A DNA stretch of 63,644 nt, filler included, from Octopus bimaculoides (taxonomy: Eukaryota): NCBI RefSeq assembly GCF_001194135.2. It is 6 parts of 6 records of this genome, joined end to end, with 100 filler letters (N's around TTAATTAATTAA, not from the genome) between each part and the next. Parts side by side here need not be neighbours in the genome. Positions count along the whole stretch, not along the records: positions 1 to 17,032 come from NC_068990.1; positions 17,133 to 36,743 come from NC_068989.1; 4 more parts are not named here. The stretch is one strand, 5' to 3'. Positions 14,432-27,731 of this stretch are shown here, one piece after another. Numbering within the stretch: position 1 is the stretch's first letter; every line of letters begins with the position of its first letter. The position numbers and the translations under genes are program-made. Below the pieces are notes generated by a model. The model was given only the letters and a program-made list of their open reading frames with translations, had not been told where the DNA came from and searched no databases.

Positions 14432-16545
14432 GTATATATAAACATATATATCTACGTATATATGTATATGTTATGTGTGCGTGTGTATGAATGTATACAT
14501 ATATGTATATCCTGTTATCAATCTAATACTGAATGTATTGTGTTAGCGTGTTTTAGCAGTCAATTTCCGGATTTACCATGACACATAATAACGGTATTAA
14601 ACTGTCTAGTTCTGTAGTTTCTACATCCACTTGATGGAAGATATATTAAAACTGTGAATATATCTAACAAAATGAAATTATGATGTTGTTCTCCAAAGCA
14701 TTACTGTGAATATTTTTAAGCGAAACAGCATCAGCGACCAAAATTAAACTTGTTAGTTTTTACGTGTGATATACGTGTTATAGAATGGCTCATTGGTTAA
14801 TCGTTTCGCTTCGCATTTTTAGAGTAGAGTGTTTATTCTCACTGAACGATATTTCAAGGCAAATATTTACTGCCATCTGCTCATTCTCGCAAGTAAATTG
14901 TGAAATTTTGTATATGGAAACTGCATGGAGGCCTATCGCCGTGACAGTTCCTAATCTTGAGTGAGAGAGTTCATGTGTTGCTCAATTTAACACCACCATC
15001 TGCTTTAGCGGTGCATGCAATGGGCACTACTATTTTTCCAGCTTTTCAACCATATATACTATGTTTCAAAAAATTCATTTACTGTTTTTCTGTGTATGCA
15101 GTAGCATCTTTAGACTAAACTACCCATTGTTTAACTAAAATAATTGAATCCATGTACTCTTACACATAAGCCCTTACTTATGAAAAACCACTTCAAGGTA
15201 ATCTGACTGACTTGGTTTTGAGCATTTCGCTCAAAAAGAACATTTTTTTTTTTCATTATAATAACAATATATCATAAAAAGTTTTCGGAGTTTCTAACAA
15301 CAGGGCGAAGGTAAAGGCCGCACCGAACGTCGCTGTTGCGTACAAATACATGCACTCGAGCACAAAATTACGTTTGTATAAGACTTAGGCAAGTAATCCA
15401 TTATGGCTGCACACGAACACACAAACAACATAAATGCGAATATAGAAACGAGGAGACGTGCACAGATATTCTATTATATACACGCAGGTTTTAGAGGCAA
15501 ATGAAACGATATTTGTATTATAACACACATGCACATGAACACAAATGCACTTGCATATACACACTTTCAGTCCTATGGTCACATATCTAGACAACAAAAC
15601 GTACTCGCACGGGCACATACATGCTCATACTTACGCACTGTGGTTTCTGAAAAAAAAAATGAATAAATTCATTCAATGACGTTTCTTCACAGATTCATGT
15701 AACGTTAACTATTACGAAAACAAGTCATTCTCATTATCTTTCATGTTTTCTCATACATCACTTTATCTCCCTCTTGACCTCTTAGTGTCTACTTCCCTAA
15801 CTCACTTACCCATGCTCTTTCATATACACAGTGAGATATATAGACCATTAGATACATACATACATGTAAAATAATACGCGTGTATGTTATATGAAAAGAA
15901 AGTGAACTAAGAAAACTGTGTTGCGGGGCATGTATTTCAACAGCGAAAGCTAGTAACGATATATTAATTACATTCAAGATAGATTCTTGATTTTTTTCTA
16001 ATTCTTTTCGTTTCCAGAGGGGGTAGATCAATAGTTTGGTGCTACTTGGTACGATGTCGAAGTAGGAAATGGAATTTTCTAAAGATCAAAAGCTCTCCAA
16101 AAGCAACCGACCATAAAGTAAAAGACAGTCTCATTGTCTTGAGATAAGGGAACAACTGTGGACACCTGTTTCTGGTTAATACGCGTGATTAGTATTGAAA
16201 TTATTCAAGCATATTTGAATTGATAACAAGTTGGTATTTATATACATCAATGCTTAGCGCGTCTACGCTGTAATTCATTTTTAAGGCTTAAAAAGATACC
16301 AGCACTGGGAGTCGATACGTTCGACTAAATTTTTCAAGGCAGTACCTCAGCATTGCCGCTGACTGGAATAAGTAAAAGATAAAACACACACATACACGCA
16401 AATACACACACACACATGTATGTATATATTTAAAAATTTAACAAAAGCATAACAAACAGAATTTTTACAAAGACATAACAAACAGAAAATTCGTAGCTTA
16501 TTCCTCATCAGCCAATGTCCAAAGGACCATTACCATTTCGGCGCC

Positions 16546-16596
<51 letters not shown>

Positions 16597-16835
16597 GTGT
16601 GTGTGTGTTTGTGTGTGTGTCTTTGGGAAATATTCGAACTCTTCAGAAAGTGATTCACTGTATTTTGTCATGGAGAAAATTCCTTGCAGTGGACAAAGAA
16701 TTGTAAACATACCAGGAGTGTCCGTTCGTCTTTATGATCCGATTTCAAATTCCGCTGAGGTCGACTTTGCCCTTCATCCTTTCGGTGGCAATAAAATAAG
16801 TACCAGCTTCGCATGGGATCAATGTAATCGACTAA

Positions 16836-16890
<55 letters not shown>

Positions 16891-17132
16891 CTCACGCATT
16901 TCTCATTGTAAATTTTCTCCTCTATATATATTTACCACACTCCCTCTCGCTCTTTCTCTGTATGTATATCACTCACATTGATTGTATATATATTTCTATG
17001 CGTGTGTATATATATACATATATATATATATANNNNNNNNNNNNNNNNNNNNNNNNNNNNNNNNNNNNNNNNNNNNTTAATTAATTAANNNNNNNNNNNN
17101 NNNNNNNNNNNNNNNNNNNNNNNNNNNNNNNN

Positions 17133-17574
17133 TAGTACAAAAAGTCTTGTTTTCATAAATTTTGAATTAAAATCTTCCACCAAACCTTAGTCACAATTTA
17201 TGTTCTTAACACTAGCTTAATGATAATAACTAAGTTATTTTACTAAATTCTTTGTTATATTTAAAATTAATTGAAAGAAACACAGAACATCTCAACAGAA
17301 ATATGGTAACAAAAGGGTTAAAATATATAGAGAAACAATTCTTAACCTTTTTGATACCAACCTGGCTGAAACCGGCTCTGGCTCTGTGGTACAAATGTCT
17401 TATTTTCATAAGTTTTGAATTAAAATCTTCCACCAAACCTTAGTCACAATTTATGTTCCTAACTCTAGCTTAATGATAATAACTAAGTTATTTTACTAAA
17501 TTCTTTGTTATATTTAAAATTAATTGAAAGAAACACAGAGCATCTCAAGATAAATACAGTAACGAAAAGGTTAA
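17133..17574. mobile_element. Two tandem copies of a TTAA-flanked (piggyBac-like) MITE
   Basis: 17342-17574 is bounded by TTAACC.TTT...AAA.GGTTAA; a near-identical partial copy lies at 17133-17321. Related fragments at about 17575-17670 and 32690-33052. Confidence 0.75.
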
Positions 17575-18087
17575 TAACGACCAAGTTATTTTGCTAAATT
17601 CTTCATTACTTTCAAAATTAATTGAAGCAAAGACAATGTATTTCAACAGAAATATGATAGCAAAAGGATTTTAAGATTTATAAGAATTTTACATGCGTAA
17701 AAAGGACCCATACCACTGCTGCGTAAAAAGCACTCATGCTGGCATCACATAAAAAGTACCCAGTAGTCTGTAAAATCCAGCCATGAAAACCATGCCAAAA
17801 CAGATGACTGGAGCCAGATGCAGCCATACGGGCACCATCTGCTGTGGTGTCCAGAGTTGCCTGTCAACCAAGTCATCATACGGGGTCCAACCCACTGGAA
17901 AATGAATACTAAGAGTCACTAATGGTTAAATCTTGACAGAAAAGATAGTGGTACTGCCAGTTGCTGATGAATTTAAGGAATAGGAGATGTAAAGGAACAT
18001 AGTACATCTATCATCATACCAGATTCTATTAACTATCTTAGCCCAAAGCTACTTAATATATTTTTATAATACAAATGTTCTCTAGTG

Positions 18088-18366
18088 CAGGGGTTTTCAA
18101 ACTGTGGTCCGCAAGGACAAGACAGGGGGTCCGTGGACAGCAAATACTTTTTATGGGCAATTTGATTTTATATATGTTTTTTAATTGAAATCTTTTAATT
18201 GACAATAAACCTATTTGTTAAATACTGCTAAATAAATAAATGTAAAAATATATGTTATTTTAAGGAAATATTTATGTATAAATTTCATAAGCATTTATAA
18301 GGGGGTCCCTAAGGTAAAGCCTGAAATATAAAGGGGTCCACAAGTCAAAAAGTTTGAAAACCCCTG
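18088..18366. mobile_element. hAT (Charlie-type) MITE
   Basis: Perfect TIRs CAGGGGTTTTCAAACT / AGTTTGAAAACCCCTG and an 8-bp TSD CTCTAGTG at 18080-18087 and 18367-18374. Confidence 0.92.
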
Positions 18367-18706
18367 CTCTAGTGCACTGCATTTTTTTTTACTAAGATGG
18401 AATGATTTGGGATAGAATAGTTTGCATTAGTATTGTGAAATGGAACCAAAGGAACTATATTTCAAGTGAGACTGCAAGAAATATATTTGGCAAAGAACTC
18501 TATTTTGCAACTGATTATTATGGTGACAGTGATGGTGAAAGCACAGAAGATACATGATTATAAAGAGCTACAAAATACACAAAACAATGTGTATGTGTGT
18601 GTTTCATATAGTAGTTTTCCCAGTCAGAGACTGAAGTATTATATTGAGCAATCTTGCAAGAAAACTTATTGTATCAAGTTGAATTAAGAAAGCAAAGATA
18701 TCTTAC

Positions 18707-18762
18707 TAGTTTCTCCTTATTACTTGATCCTGGCTCACTCTCTAATGAGCCTTGAGTCGGAT
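18707..18762 (-). CDS. Candidate internal exon of the unidentified minus-strand gene (DPTQGSLESEPGSSNKEKL)
   Basis: Strong acceptor tttttatttcag and donor GTAAGA. The phase-1 start is compatible with the 24752-24770 exon. No family recognised. Confidence 0.35.
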
Positions 18763-21188
18763 CTGAAATAAAAAGATAAAAAAATATTACACAAATAAGT
18801 TCGTCATGCTTTAGTAAATGAAAAAATATAGTCATGTTTATAAATATAAATTTGCAATGATGACAATGGCCATTACTAAACCCAATTATTGTTTTTTCTT
18901 TTTTCATCGAGAGACACTGACAGATGTTATAATTGAAATGCTATTAAATACTAATCAACAGACTGTTTTATATCTGAAGGTCATAAACCCATATTAACAA
19001 CATATGTAAATTGTATAAATTACATGGATATGAATCATCCCTGTTTAATGTCTGCTCGCCATGCTGGCATGGGTTGGACGGTTTGACTGAGGACTGGCAA
19101 GACAGGAGGCTGCACCAGGCTCCAATCTGATGTGGCAAGGTTGCTACTATAGCAATAGGCTGACAAAAGCCTAGAGTGGTTTTCGTAGATGGAAACTGTA
19201 AGAAGCCCATTATGTGTGTTAGTGCCCCTTTGCCTTGACATCACATAAGAGTTGTAGAAAGACTGTTGCTGTTATACAAAACAGTGACACTAATTTCCAA
19301 TATTCTGCAAGAACAAGTTGTAACCATGGGTAAATGTTACCTTGCTTGGAAACAGGTGAGGGTTGGCAACAAGGATATCCAACTGTAGAAAGTTTGTCTC
19401 AATAAACTCTGTTTGACCTCTGCAAACATGGAAAAGTGGATGTTAAAATGATGATTGAAATTCTTGTCTACAATTATGTTGTTCACTAATTGAGATTAAT
19501 CAATCATCTATGTTGTAAGTGAGACGAGTTTGATTAAACAAGCAAGCATCCAGCTCAATGGACGAGAGAATTTTTTGCATCAGAGAGAATGAGCAGAACA
19601 ACAACAATTAGTTTGAACATAANNNNNNNNNNNNNNNNNNNNNNNNNNNNNNNNNNNNNNNNNNNNNNNNNNNNNNNNNNNNNNNNNNNNNNNNNNNNNN
19701 NNNNNNNNNNNNNNNNNNNNNNNNNNNNNNNNNNNNNNNNNNNNNNNNNNNNNNNNNNNNNNNNNNNNNNNNNNNNNNNNNNNNNNNNNNNNNNNNNNNN
19801 NNNNNNNNNNNNNNNNNNNNNNNNNNNNNNNNNNNNNNNNNNNNNNNNNNNNNNNNNNNNNGTGGGTGCTTTTACGTGCCACTGACACGAAGGCCAGTCA
19901 GGCGGTACTGGCAACAGCCATGCTCAAAATGGTGTATTTTACGTGCCACCTGCACAGGAGCCAGTCCAATGGCTCGAATGACTTTTCACGTGCCAGGAAG
20001 GCGACGCTGGTAACGATCACGCTCAAATTGTGGTGCCCTCACGATTTCGCTTGCCCCAACAGGTCTTCGCAAGCTGAGTTTAGTGTCCAATGAAGGAGAC
20101 GTTGGCATGGGGGCCAGTCGTCGAATCCTTTTGCAGAGCTTCTAACTTATATATCTATATTTATAAAACAAAAGCATGATAGAACTCAGTACTATTGTCT
20201 TCCTGATGATTTCCACAATTCTTAACAGTACTAAAACAGTATTTTGTGTTCGAAAGTACTGAAGCAGAGATTGAATAGATACAAATTTCAAGTAGTTTTC
20301 ATCTCTGGAACAATTGGTTCTTAATACATTTTTTTTTTTGCCTCAAAAATCTGAGAGAGCACAGGTGGGGTTGGGGGAATGCTTGTATACTTACTTAAAA
20401 CCTTTCATACTTTTTTGTTAAAGAGCTGTTGCCACACTGCTTGTTCTGCTATTATTATTATTTTTGCTTCAACAAGCTTTTGCTTGAGAACTCCTCATCC
20501 TGACCATCCCAGTTAACTAACATTTACTAATATTCAACATTCAACTGTAATTTGGAGATGGAATTATATAGAAATTCCATCTTTACTGATGGAGAAAAAC
20601 AGCAAACAAAACACCTGTTACTATAATAGCAACCTTAGAAAAGTTAAATTGTGGACAGAATGGAAAAATAAACATTTCACTGTATACAATGAAAAGTGAA
20701 CTGGAATTTGAAGAAAATTTGAAGCTAGTTGACTACAACAAATCAATAGCTGATAACAAAGTCCAAGTTAAATATTTTGTCATAAGCTATAGTTTTCTTG
20801 CTGAGAATGACCAGTATACTCGTCTTAATCAGCTATCCATAACTATATGAAAAAAAAAAAGAGTAATCAACAAGTCATATACAAGAGAAAGAACTGTACT
20901 GGTATAGATATGTGATACATATGAAGGCTGACAGCTGAATGAAGAAAGGAAATGAGTGTGTAGAAAGAGGAAGATATTATTATTGAAAATGTTGAGGCCT
21001 GTCTGACCCCAGGATACTGGATCTCACAAAAGAACCTCAGTAAGTAGCAAAATGCTGGAACAAACTTGCCCAATCACTATCGGGAAGGAAAAACAAGTGT
21101 AAAATTATATATCTAATATAATAAATGCGAATGTCAGTGTATCACACGTTTTCAACTTTACTCCTAGAGGCTGTAGCCCAACATATCA

Positions 21189-21500
21189 TACCTTGGGCAA
21201 GTGTCTTCTACTATAGCCTCGGGCCGACCAAAGCCTTGTGAGTGGATTTGGTAGACGGAAACTGAAAGAAGCCCGTCATATATATGTATATATATATATG
21301 TGTGTGTGTGTGTTTGTCCCTCTCGCATTGCTTGACAACCGATGCTGGTATGTTTATGCCCCCGTCACTTAGCGGTTCGGCAAAATAGACCGATAGAATA
21401 AGTACTAGGCTTACAAAGAATAAGTCCCGGGGTCGATTTGCTCGACTAAAGGCGGTGCTCCAGCATGGCCGCAGTCAAATGATTGAAACAAGTAAGAGAG
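21189..21500 (+). mobile_element. 5'-truncated SINE, same family; other partial copies at about 28400-28565(-), 29165-29425(+), 37850-38090(-), 62039-62220(+), 62471-62970(-), 63395-63630(+)
   Basis: Shared diagnostic segments CCTTGGGCAAGTGTCTTCTACTATAGCC and GGTGCTCCAGCATGGCC. Confidence 0.85.
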
Positions 21501-24500
21501 AGATATGGAGTTTATATGAGGAAAAGTATATTATAGAATCTACCCTTATTGAAAATTTACTTCGAATAGCAGACTATATCCAATAGCACCTGTCTAAGAT
21601 ATTTCATCTTGTATATCATACATACATCAATCCATAGTTATTAATAAAACCAATGTAGGTGAAAAAATATTCTTCACACATGAGTGATTTTTAAGGCTTT
21701 AAGAGGATCTCTTCTCTCGTGTGCAAGCTGGATTCTAATTATTTCTACAGCTTTCACCAGACAGTCATTAAATTCAACCAACGAAAAACATACATGCTTT
21801 AGTATGGCCACGTCTAAAAGACTGCCATTTGCACAACTTCCACACATAGAACACACGAAGAGGAACAATTGCTGTGATGTTGTGGTGGGCTTCTGAACAA
21901 GGTACATAACTCTGTGCATGCTCTCGTATGCCTGATCAAAACAAATTGACTCCTATCTCTTATCTGGGAAGTATTACAATATCCAGCTGTAAAAATAGTC
22001 AACCAACCTTACAAATAAATAAACAAATAAAAAAACCTATCCCACTCATACAAGTATCTCAAAATAGATAATTCATCATTAAAACATAGACACATCTACT
22101 ATTTATGATCAAATATATTTTTTAATAAACTCACTATTCCAAACTAGTTAAGGTCGTTTTTTTTTATATATCAGCCACATCTTTTTATTTAACATATTTT
22201 ACTCACAGTCCAACTAACTTCAAGCTGTATACATTATATAGAGAATCCAAAATGGCCATGTTAATTAAATATTTTATAATTTATTAATTATATATATTTT
22301 TTTAATATTTTGAGTAAGTTTCCTTCAACAAAGAATAAAGAGGGAGATATTTGGCTGTTACACTTCACTGTTCTGCTAATTGACTTCTTGATACTTATGA
22401 GGTCGTTATTCTGGTAAAAGCTTGATGCTATTAATAAGACAATTTTTGTGTGTGATACTTATATAATGATAGGTAGAAGACGAGACATGTAGGTGGGATA
22501 TTTTAAAAGAAAACTTTGTTTATATATCTCAGCAATATGCTTTCTTATTTTGGCGTGAAGCCAACAGTTTTGATAAGAGGTGGGCAAGTCGATAACATCG
22601 ACTCCAGTACTTAAATGGCACTTATTTTATCGATGTATCTGAGTAATATTATTCGTAAATAGAGCTTCATGTGTTCTCTTAATCCCCTAAAACTAGGAAT
22701 AGATTTCAGTTATTAGTTATGCCCCTATCACCATCATTACTACTAAAACAGATTCACATCCATTACAGTATATCTGCAAAAGCAACACACACATAAAGCT
22801 ATCTAGCGGCATATTTAGGTTGCTTCGCTTATAGAGTTCAATAACCTGCTACGTTAATTCACAAGCGACAGAAGCCAAAAGCAGAATATAGACTAATACA
22901 TCTCAAAAAATATTTTAGAAATAATTATTGTAATGTATAAAAATGTAAACATATTTCTCATCTCTGTTTGCAAAATACGATCATGGATGACATTTACCTA
23001 CTGTTATTAACATGAAGACGACAACCACACAACAATTATCAATATAGAATTTAATTTACTGAATTTACATTGAGGAACTAACTCTTCTGACATGAGTATT
23101 TTAGAATAGAGGGGAAAACAGGAAATGAGTTGTGCATGTTCTTCTCGCTTAGATTAACGAACTGAAATTGCTCTTCTAAGATATTAAATTACATAAAATT
23201 ATTCTGTAACATTTTTTTTTTATAATAATAGTTTTATTCTCGAAAACAATCTAGATTTTGTTTTTCCTTTTTTAACAAGAACGAACTATATAGAAATGAA
23301 AGCAATTTGTTTCCGTTCCATGTTCTATGGAAGATAATCCAGATTCATCTACCAAAATGCTTCTCTCTTTAATTGCCAACAAAATCTATCAATCCAAAGA
23401 CAGGAACTATTTATGTCACATGACTAACGTTCAAATTGTGAATTGTGGTTCGTTTCGTTAGATTTCGATGCAACCCTCACGTCATGTATGTTTTCTAAGT
23501 TGTGGTAGTGCACTGTAAAATTTAATAAACATCAAAATATAAACTATTCCAAATAGTAAAAGACCAAATATTTTCAGAATATAATCAACATATATACCTA
23601 CACATGAACGGCAATTGTTCTAAAACACGATTGTTTTTTTTTTTTATAAATATCCAAGTTGAATTTCTAGTCATTATTACCAAAATGATTTACAATTTTA
23701 CATTAAGTAACTTAACCTCTGTAAAAATATAATTAGACCGGGAGACAACGTACCAACTAGATCTATATGAAGTTAATAAGATTTCTAATAGACAAAACAG
23801 AACAAAAAAAAAACCAATAAATAAAAGCAAAGTTGAAAGTATGAAAACAATAGAAGAAACGTGATTAAGAGGAGGCTTAAGACTAATGAAAATTAACACT
23901 AATTTGTTGGGGAAAAAATTAACCATTCTAAGTAAAAACTGGATTAGAAGTGTTGACAATAAAATATATGCTTTTAGCTTTTTTTTAGTTTACCTGCCAG
24001 AACAAAAACAATGTCAGAGAATATTCGAAACCAACTAGACAAAGAAACATCTAGTCTTTATGAATTTAAATTTAGATGAAACCCGTATTTTGTTTTTTAA
24101 ATTGCTTTTTATTATGTTTCTGACACAAATGTGGATTATGAAGAGTGAAGATTGCTGAATTCTTGTTGAATTCTTTTTAAAATAAATTAAAATATTTTGG
24201 TGTTCTTAGTTGAAATACACAAAGATTGTATTGGTAAAAAGCAAAGTGATCATGGATACGAGTAATTAAATGCAAATTTAATAATTCAACAATTATTTAT
24301 ATGTATAAACAGCTTTTTTTTATAATACAGGTTTAAAAAATTATTGGTTTTTGTTTCGGCGAAATGGGTGGGAAGTATTATTGAAACAAGCGAAGGGGGT
24401 GTCGTTAATATTCTGGTTTCGGATTGATTGGTGCTTTAACCTTACACCCACTTATCATTTTCAGAAAGATAACAGGTTTAAATATTAATTTAATATTAAA

Positions 24501-24751
24501 AAAGGTACAAAAAAAGAACTTTAATAATGAGAAGTCGGGTGATTATTGTACAAGGAGCTTCTTCCAAATCGTTGGTACTGGTTCTCAATAAGCGGCGAAA
24601 TAAACCGATATAACCATTGGTAGAACGATAATTATTTACAAAAAGGGAAGGAAAGTGAACAATGCTTCGTTGCGAAGAAAATATACTTCAAATAAAAGTA
24701 ATTAGATTGAGAAAATCACACAGAAACCCTATTGTTTTCCCGCGCGCTTAC

Positions 24752-24770
24752 CTGCTTCGGTATCCGCCAT
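24752..24770 (-). CDS. Probable first coding exon of an unidentified minus-strand gene (MADTEA + phase 1)
   Basis: aaatATGGCGGATACCGAAGCAG followed by the strong donor GTAAGC, in a CpG-rich patch. The ATGGCG start context is typical of housekeeping genes. TCACGTGA lies just upstream. Confidence 0.55.
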
Positions 24771-24780
24771 ATTTCTTGTA

Positions 24781-25340
24781 AGTAATCACGTGACCTGTTA
24801 CATTATAAAATAAGAATTGGAAATCGGTGGAAAACGAAACAAAATTGTATATTTGTTAATATTATATAACAACCGCCACTTTACAATCTAGGTTGCATAA
24901 GATAATATATAATTTCTCTGTGATACTGTCTAACCGAGAGGTTAAAGCTGCTTTAAAAGCTTCCGTTTTTGTTTCTTCGATAATCTAAATAATATTTCAT
25001 TCATTTTGAGACGTAAACAAGTTACTCAAATTTGTTTTCATACAGATTTGCCTACGTTTAAGTTTCTCTGAAGTTTTCAGTACAATATACATTTCGACAT
25101 ACCTATGCATTTTCACATAACTATATAGTAATCAAATATCGATATCGAGGCAATATTTAACAGACTGGCTTCATTCCTCCTGAACTCTTACCATCTGCTG
25201 ATTTTTGGCCAGTATTTCTGGAGTTTGCTCCTATATTGTGATGTAATGAAGCCCCCAACTTTACGGTTCGAAATAGAAAATTTTCAAAACAAATACTAAA
25301 CAATCAGATTTGTTTTGCTTTTAGCGCATGCGCAAACAAT
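24781..25340. promoter_or_regulatory. Probable (bidirectional) housekeeping promoter region
   Basis: E-box TCACGTGA at 24786-24793, NRF1-type palindrome GCGCATGCGC at 25324-25333, YY1-like ATGGCGG at the minus-strand ATG, and visibly higher CpG density than the flanks. Confidence 0.5.
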
Positions 25341-26027
25341 ATTTGCGATAAAAATTTTCTGTTTTCGAGGAATTAGAAATTATTTAAACTTAATATCTAT
25401 AGGAACTTTCCACATGTGACCAACTCTAATCCTAAACCGTAAATCTTAACCCTTAAACTCTAAAGGCCTTAACCCTAACCAAACCATCATCATCATTATC
25501 ATTTAACGTCCGCTTTCCATGCTGGCATGGGTTAAACGATTTAACAGGAGCTGGCAAGTCAGAAACTGCACCAGGCTCTACTGTCCGTTTTGGCATGAGT
25601 TTTGCGGCTGGATGCTCTTCCTAACTTTACAGTGTGGACTGGATGCTTTTTATGCGGCACCCTATCATATTTTTTAAAGAATTGTATCGAATATAACTGC
25701 ATGCATATAAACCAAAATGAATTAACCATCAAGCATTTGCTTCAAAAATGTTTTGTTTCAAACCATGAAGTCTGGAAATGCCGGTGTAATCTTTTATAAT
25801 TCCATTCATGTCTAGAATACTTTATAGAAATATTAAGTTGATCATAGTACCATATTATATAACTGCTACTTTATTTTATCTTTCTCCTTGAAAGATTATA
25901 GCCAAAATTGATCATTGGTGTGTTCTAAACACAGAAGGTAAATTGCTATACATAAATACCATCGACACCTTATTCAAATCTCTTATGATTCTGTCAAACT
26001 AGAGTTGTGTTCATAGCTGTACCCCAG

Positions 26028-26108
26028 TTGAGTTTGAACCGAAATGTGCTGGATTAGATCTTGCTCATAACGAATTTGTGAGCCTGTCTTTCTTAAATCC
26101 AAATACAG
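26028..26108 (+). CDS. Candidate exon with an LRR-like motif (VEFEPKCAGLDLAHNEFVSLSFLNPNT) of an unidentified plus-strand gene
   Basis: AG/GT bounded and phase-compatible with candidate exons 25895-25937 and 28646-28706. LDLAHNEF fits LxLxxNxL. Competing minus-strand exon candidates exist nearby. Confidence 0.3.
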
Positions 26109-26235
26109 GTACAGCACCGACTTTCTGGACACTGATAATCCATACTAATTCACTTCAAATTCCTGTGCTACCAGACTATTTTACTGGTACCTTGCTCAAT
26201 ACAGTATTAATAAATTTGTATATTTTATACTAATA

Positions 26236-26637
26236 CAGGCGTAGGAGTGGCTGTGTGGTAAGTAGCTTGCTCACCAACCACATGGCTCCTGGTTCAGTCC
26301 CACTGCGTGGCACCTTGGGCAAGTGTCTTCTACTATAGCCTCAGGCCGATCAAAGCCTTGTGAGTGGATTTGGTAGACGGAAACTGAAAGAAGCCTGTTG
26401 TATATATGTATATATATATATGTATGTGTATATGTTTGTGTCTGTGTTTGTCCCCCCAACATCGCTTGACAACCGATGGTGGTGTGTTTACGTCCCCATA
26501 ACTTAGCAGTTCGACAAAAGAGACCGATAGAATAAGTACTAGGCTTACGATAGAATAAGTCCTGGGGTTGGTTTGTTCGACTAAAGTCGGTGCTCCAGCA
26601 TGGCCACAGTCAAATGACTGAAACAAGTAAAAGAGTA
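26236..26637 (+). mobile_element. Full-length tRNA-derived SINE (major family in this window)
   Basis: Head GGAGTGGCTGTGTGGTAAG...GGTTCAGTCCCAC with A/B-box-like motifs, internal (TA)n(TG)n, tail GACTGAAACAAGTAAAAG. Near-identical to other copies in the window. Confidence 0.9.
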
Positions 26638-27409
26638 ATGTACAGGTACTTGTTTTTCATCTAGTTATTTAAGTGAATTCAGTATTTGTTTGATTTAGAG
26701 TGTCCCCACACCTGGTCCTGTAATCTGAAATAGCTCTAGAACTAAAGCTTACAGAAAATCAACTATTTTACCTGTGCTGCTTTCAAGTAGTAATCTAACA
26801 GTATACTATCCATTAGCAATCCTTTCACATCAGTGGTTCCCTAAATAACTACAGTGATCCTATCTGCTATGTTCATACTTTATCATCTCTGATTCTAACT
26901 GCTATTGAAAGCAAAAGCTTTTTCGTTACTTTTGTAGTACTTATTTAATGTTTGGGTGAATGTTTCATTACAAACCACTCTGCATCCTTTGCAGCAGACT
27001 TCCATAACAAAGCATGTATTAAATGGTTGTTACATTACAGATGTATACATACTCATCCCTGCACACAGAATTTTAGCAGACTCATTTGTATGGAGACACA
27101 CATAGTTTATACAGACTCACTTGTATGGATGCAAACCAGAATACCTATGCATAGAATCATTTTTGCACCACATGTCTACTGACTGAGCATTTCTTTACAA
27201 TTCTAGCACTAAAAGAAAATTGCATTCACCATATCATTACCTAATATTCGTATCATAAACATAAAATTTCTGAATTACATAACTGAACCTGAACTAACAT
27301 GTCCTAATATTAAAATGGAAGTGCTTTTACTATCTGCAGCATCTTTGTTTTATTCTGCTCAGACTAGTTACAGCCAATATTAGTAATGTTATATAGGAAA
27401 TGTATTTCA

Positions 27410-27731
27410 GTTCTATATTTAAGAGATGAGGAATTATGTACATTATTTACATTCAATGGATATTTATCCTCATCTTGTTTGCTGTTAAGACAATGTTTCG
27501 GCTGATATACCCTCCAGCCTTCTTCAGGTGTCTTGGGGAAATTTCGAACCTGGGTTCTCATTCCTAAGGAATTTAAAGCATTAGGACTGGGTTCGCATTC
27601 CTTAGGAATGAGAACCCAGGTTCGAAATTTCCTCAAGACACCTGATGAAGGCTGGAGGGTATATCAGCCAAAACGTTGTGTTAACAATAAACAAGATGAG
27701 GACAAATATCCGTCGAATGTAAATAATGTAC
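27410..27731. mobile_element. Penelope-like element remnant: inverted pseudo-LTR pair carrying minimal hammerhead ribozyme motifs
   Basis: Inverted arms at about 27437-27571 and 27598-27731. 15-bp direct repeat AGGAAATGTATTTCA at 27395-27409 and 27732-27746. Each arm has CTGA(T/A)GA-A-GGCTG..CAGCC-(G)AAAC(G)TT. Confidence 0.75.
27638..27681 (+). ncRNA. Minimal type I hammerhead ribozyme motif (decayed, G12>A); mirror copy on the minus strand at 27488-27532
   Basis: ACAC-CTGATGA-A-GGCTG(10 nt)CAGCC-aAAA-CGTT-GTGT: stem I ACAC/GTGT, stem II 5 bp, palindromic ACGT helix III, GUU cleavage triplet. Confidence 0.6.

Noticed and set aside
17077-17088. TTAATTAATTAA islands as a biological motif (piggyBac target or PacI site)
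   Set aside because: Always centred in exactly 44+44 N, so they are an assembly linker.
20867-21073. Hydrophobic 68-aa minus-strand ORF as a membrane protein exon
   Set aside because: There is an in-frame stop right after the only nearby acceptor, the start is non-ATG, and no family motif is present.
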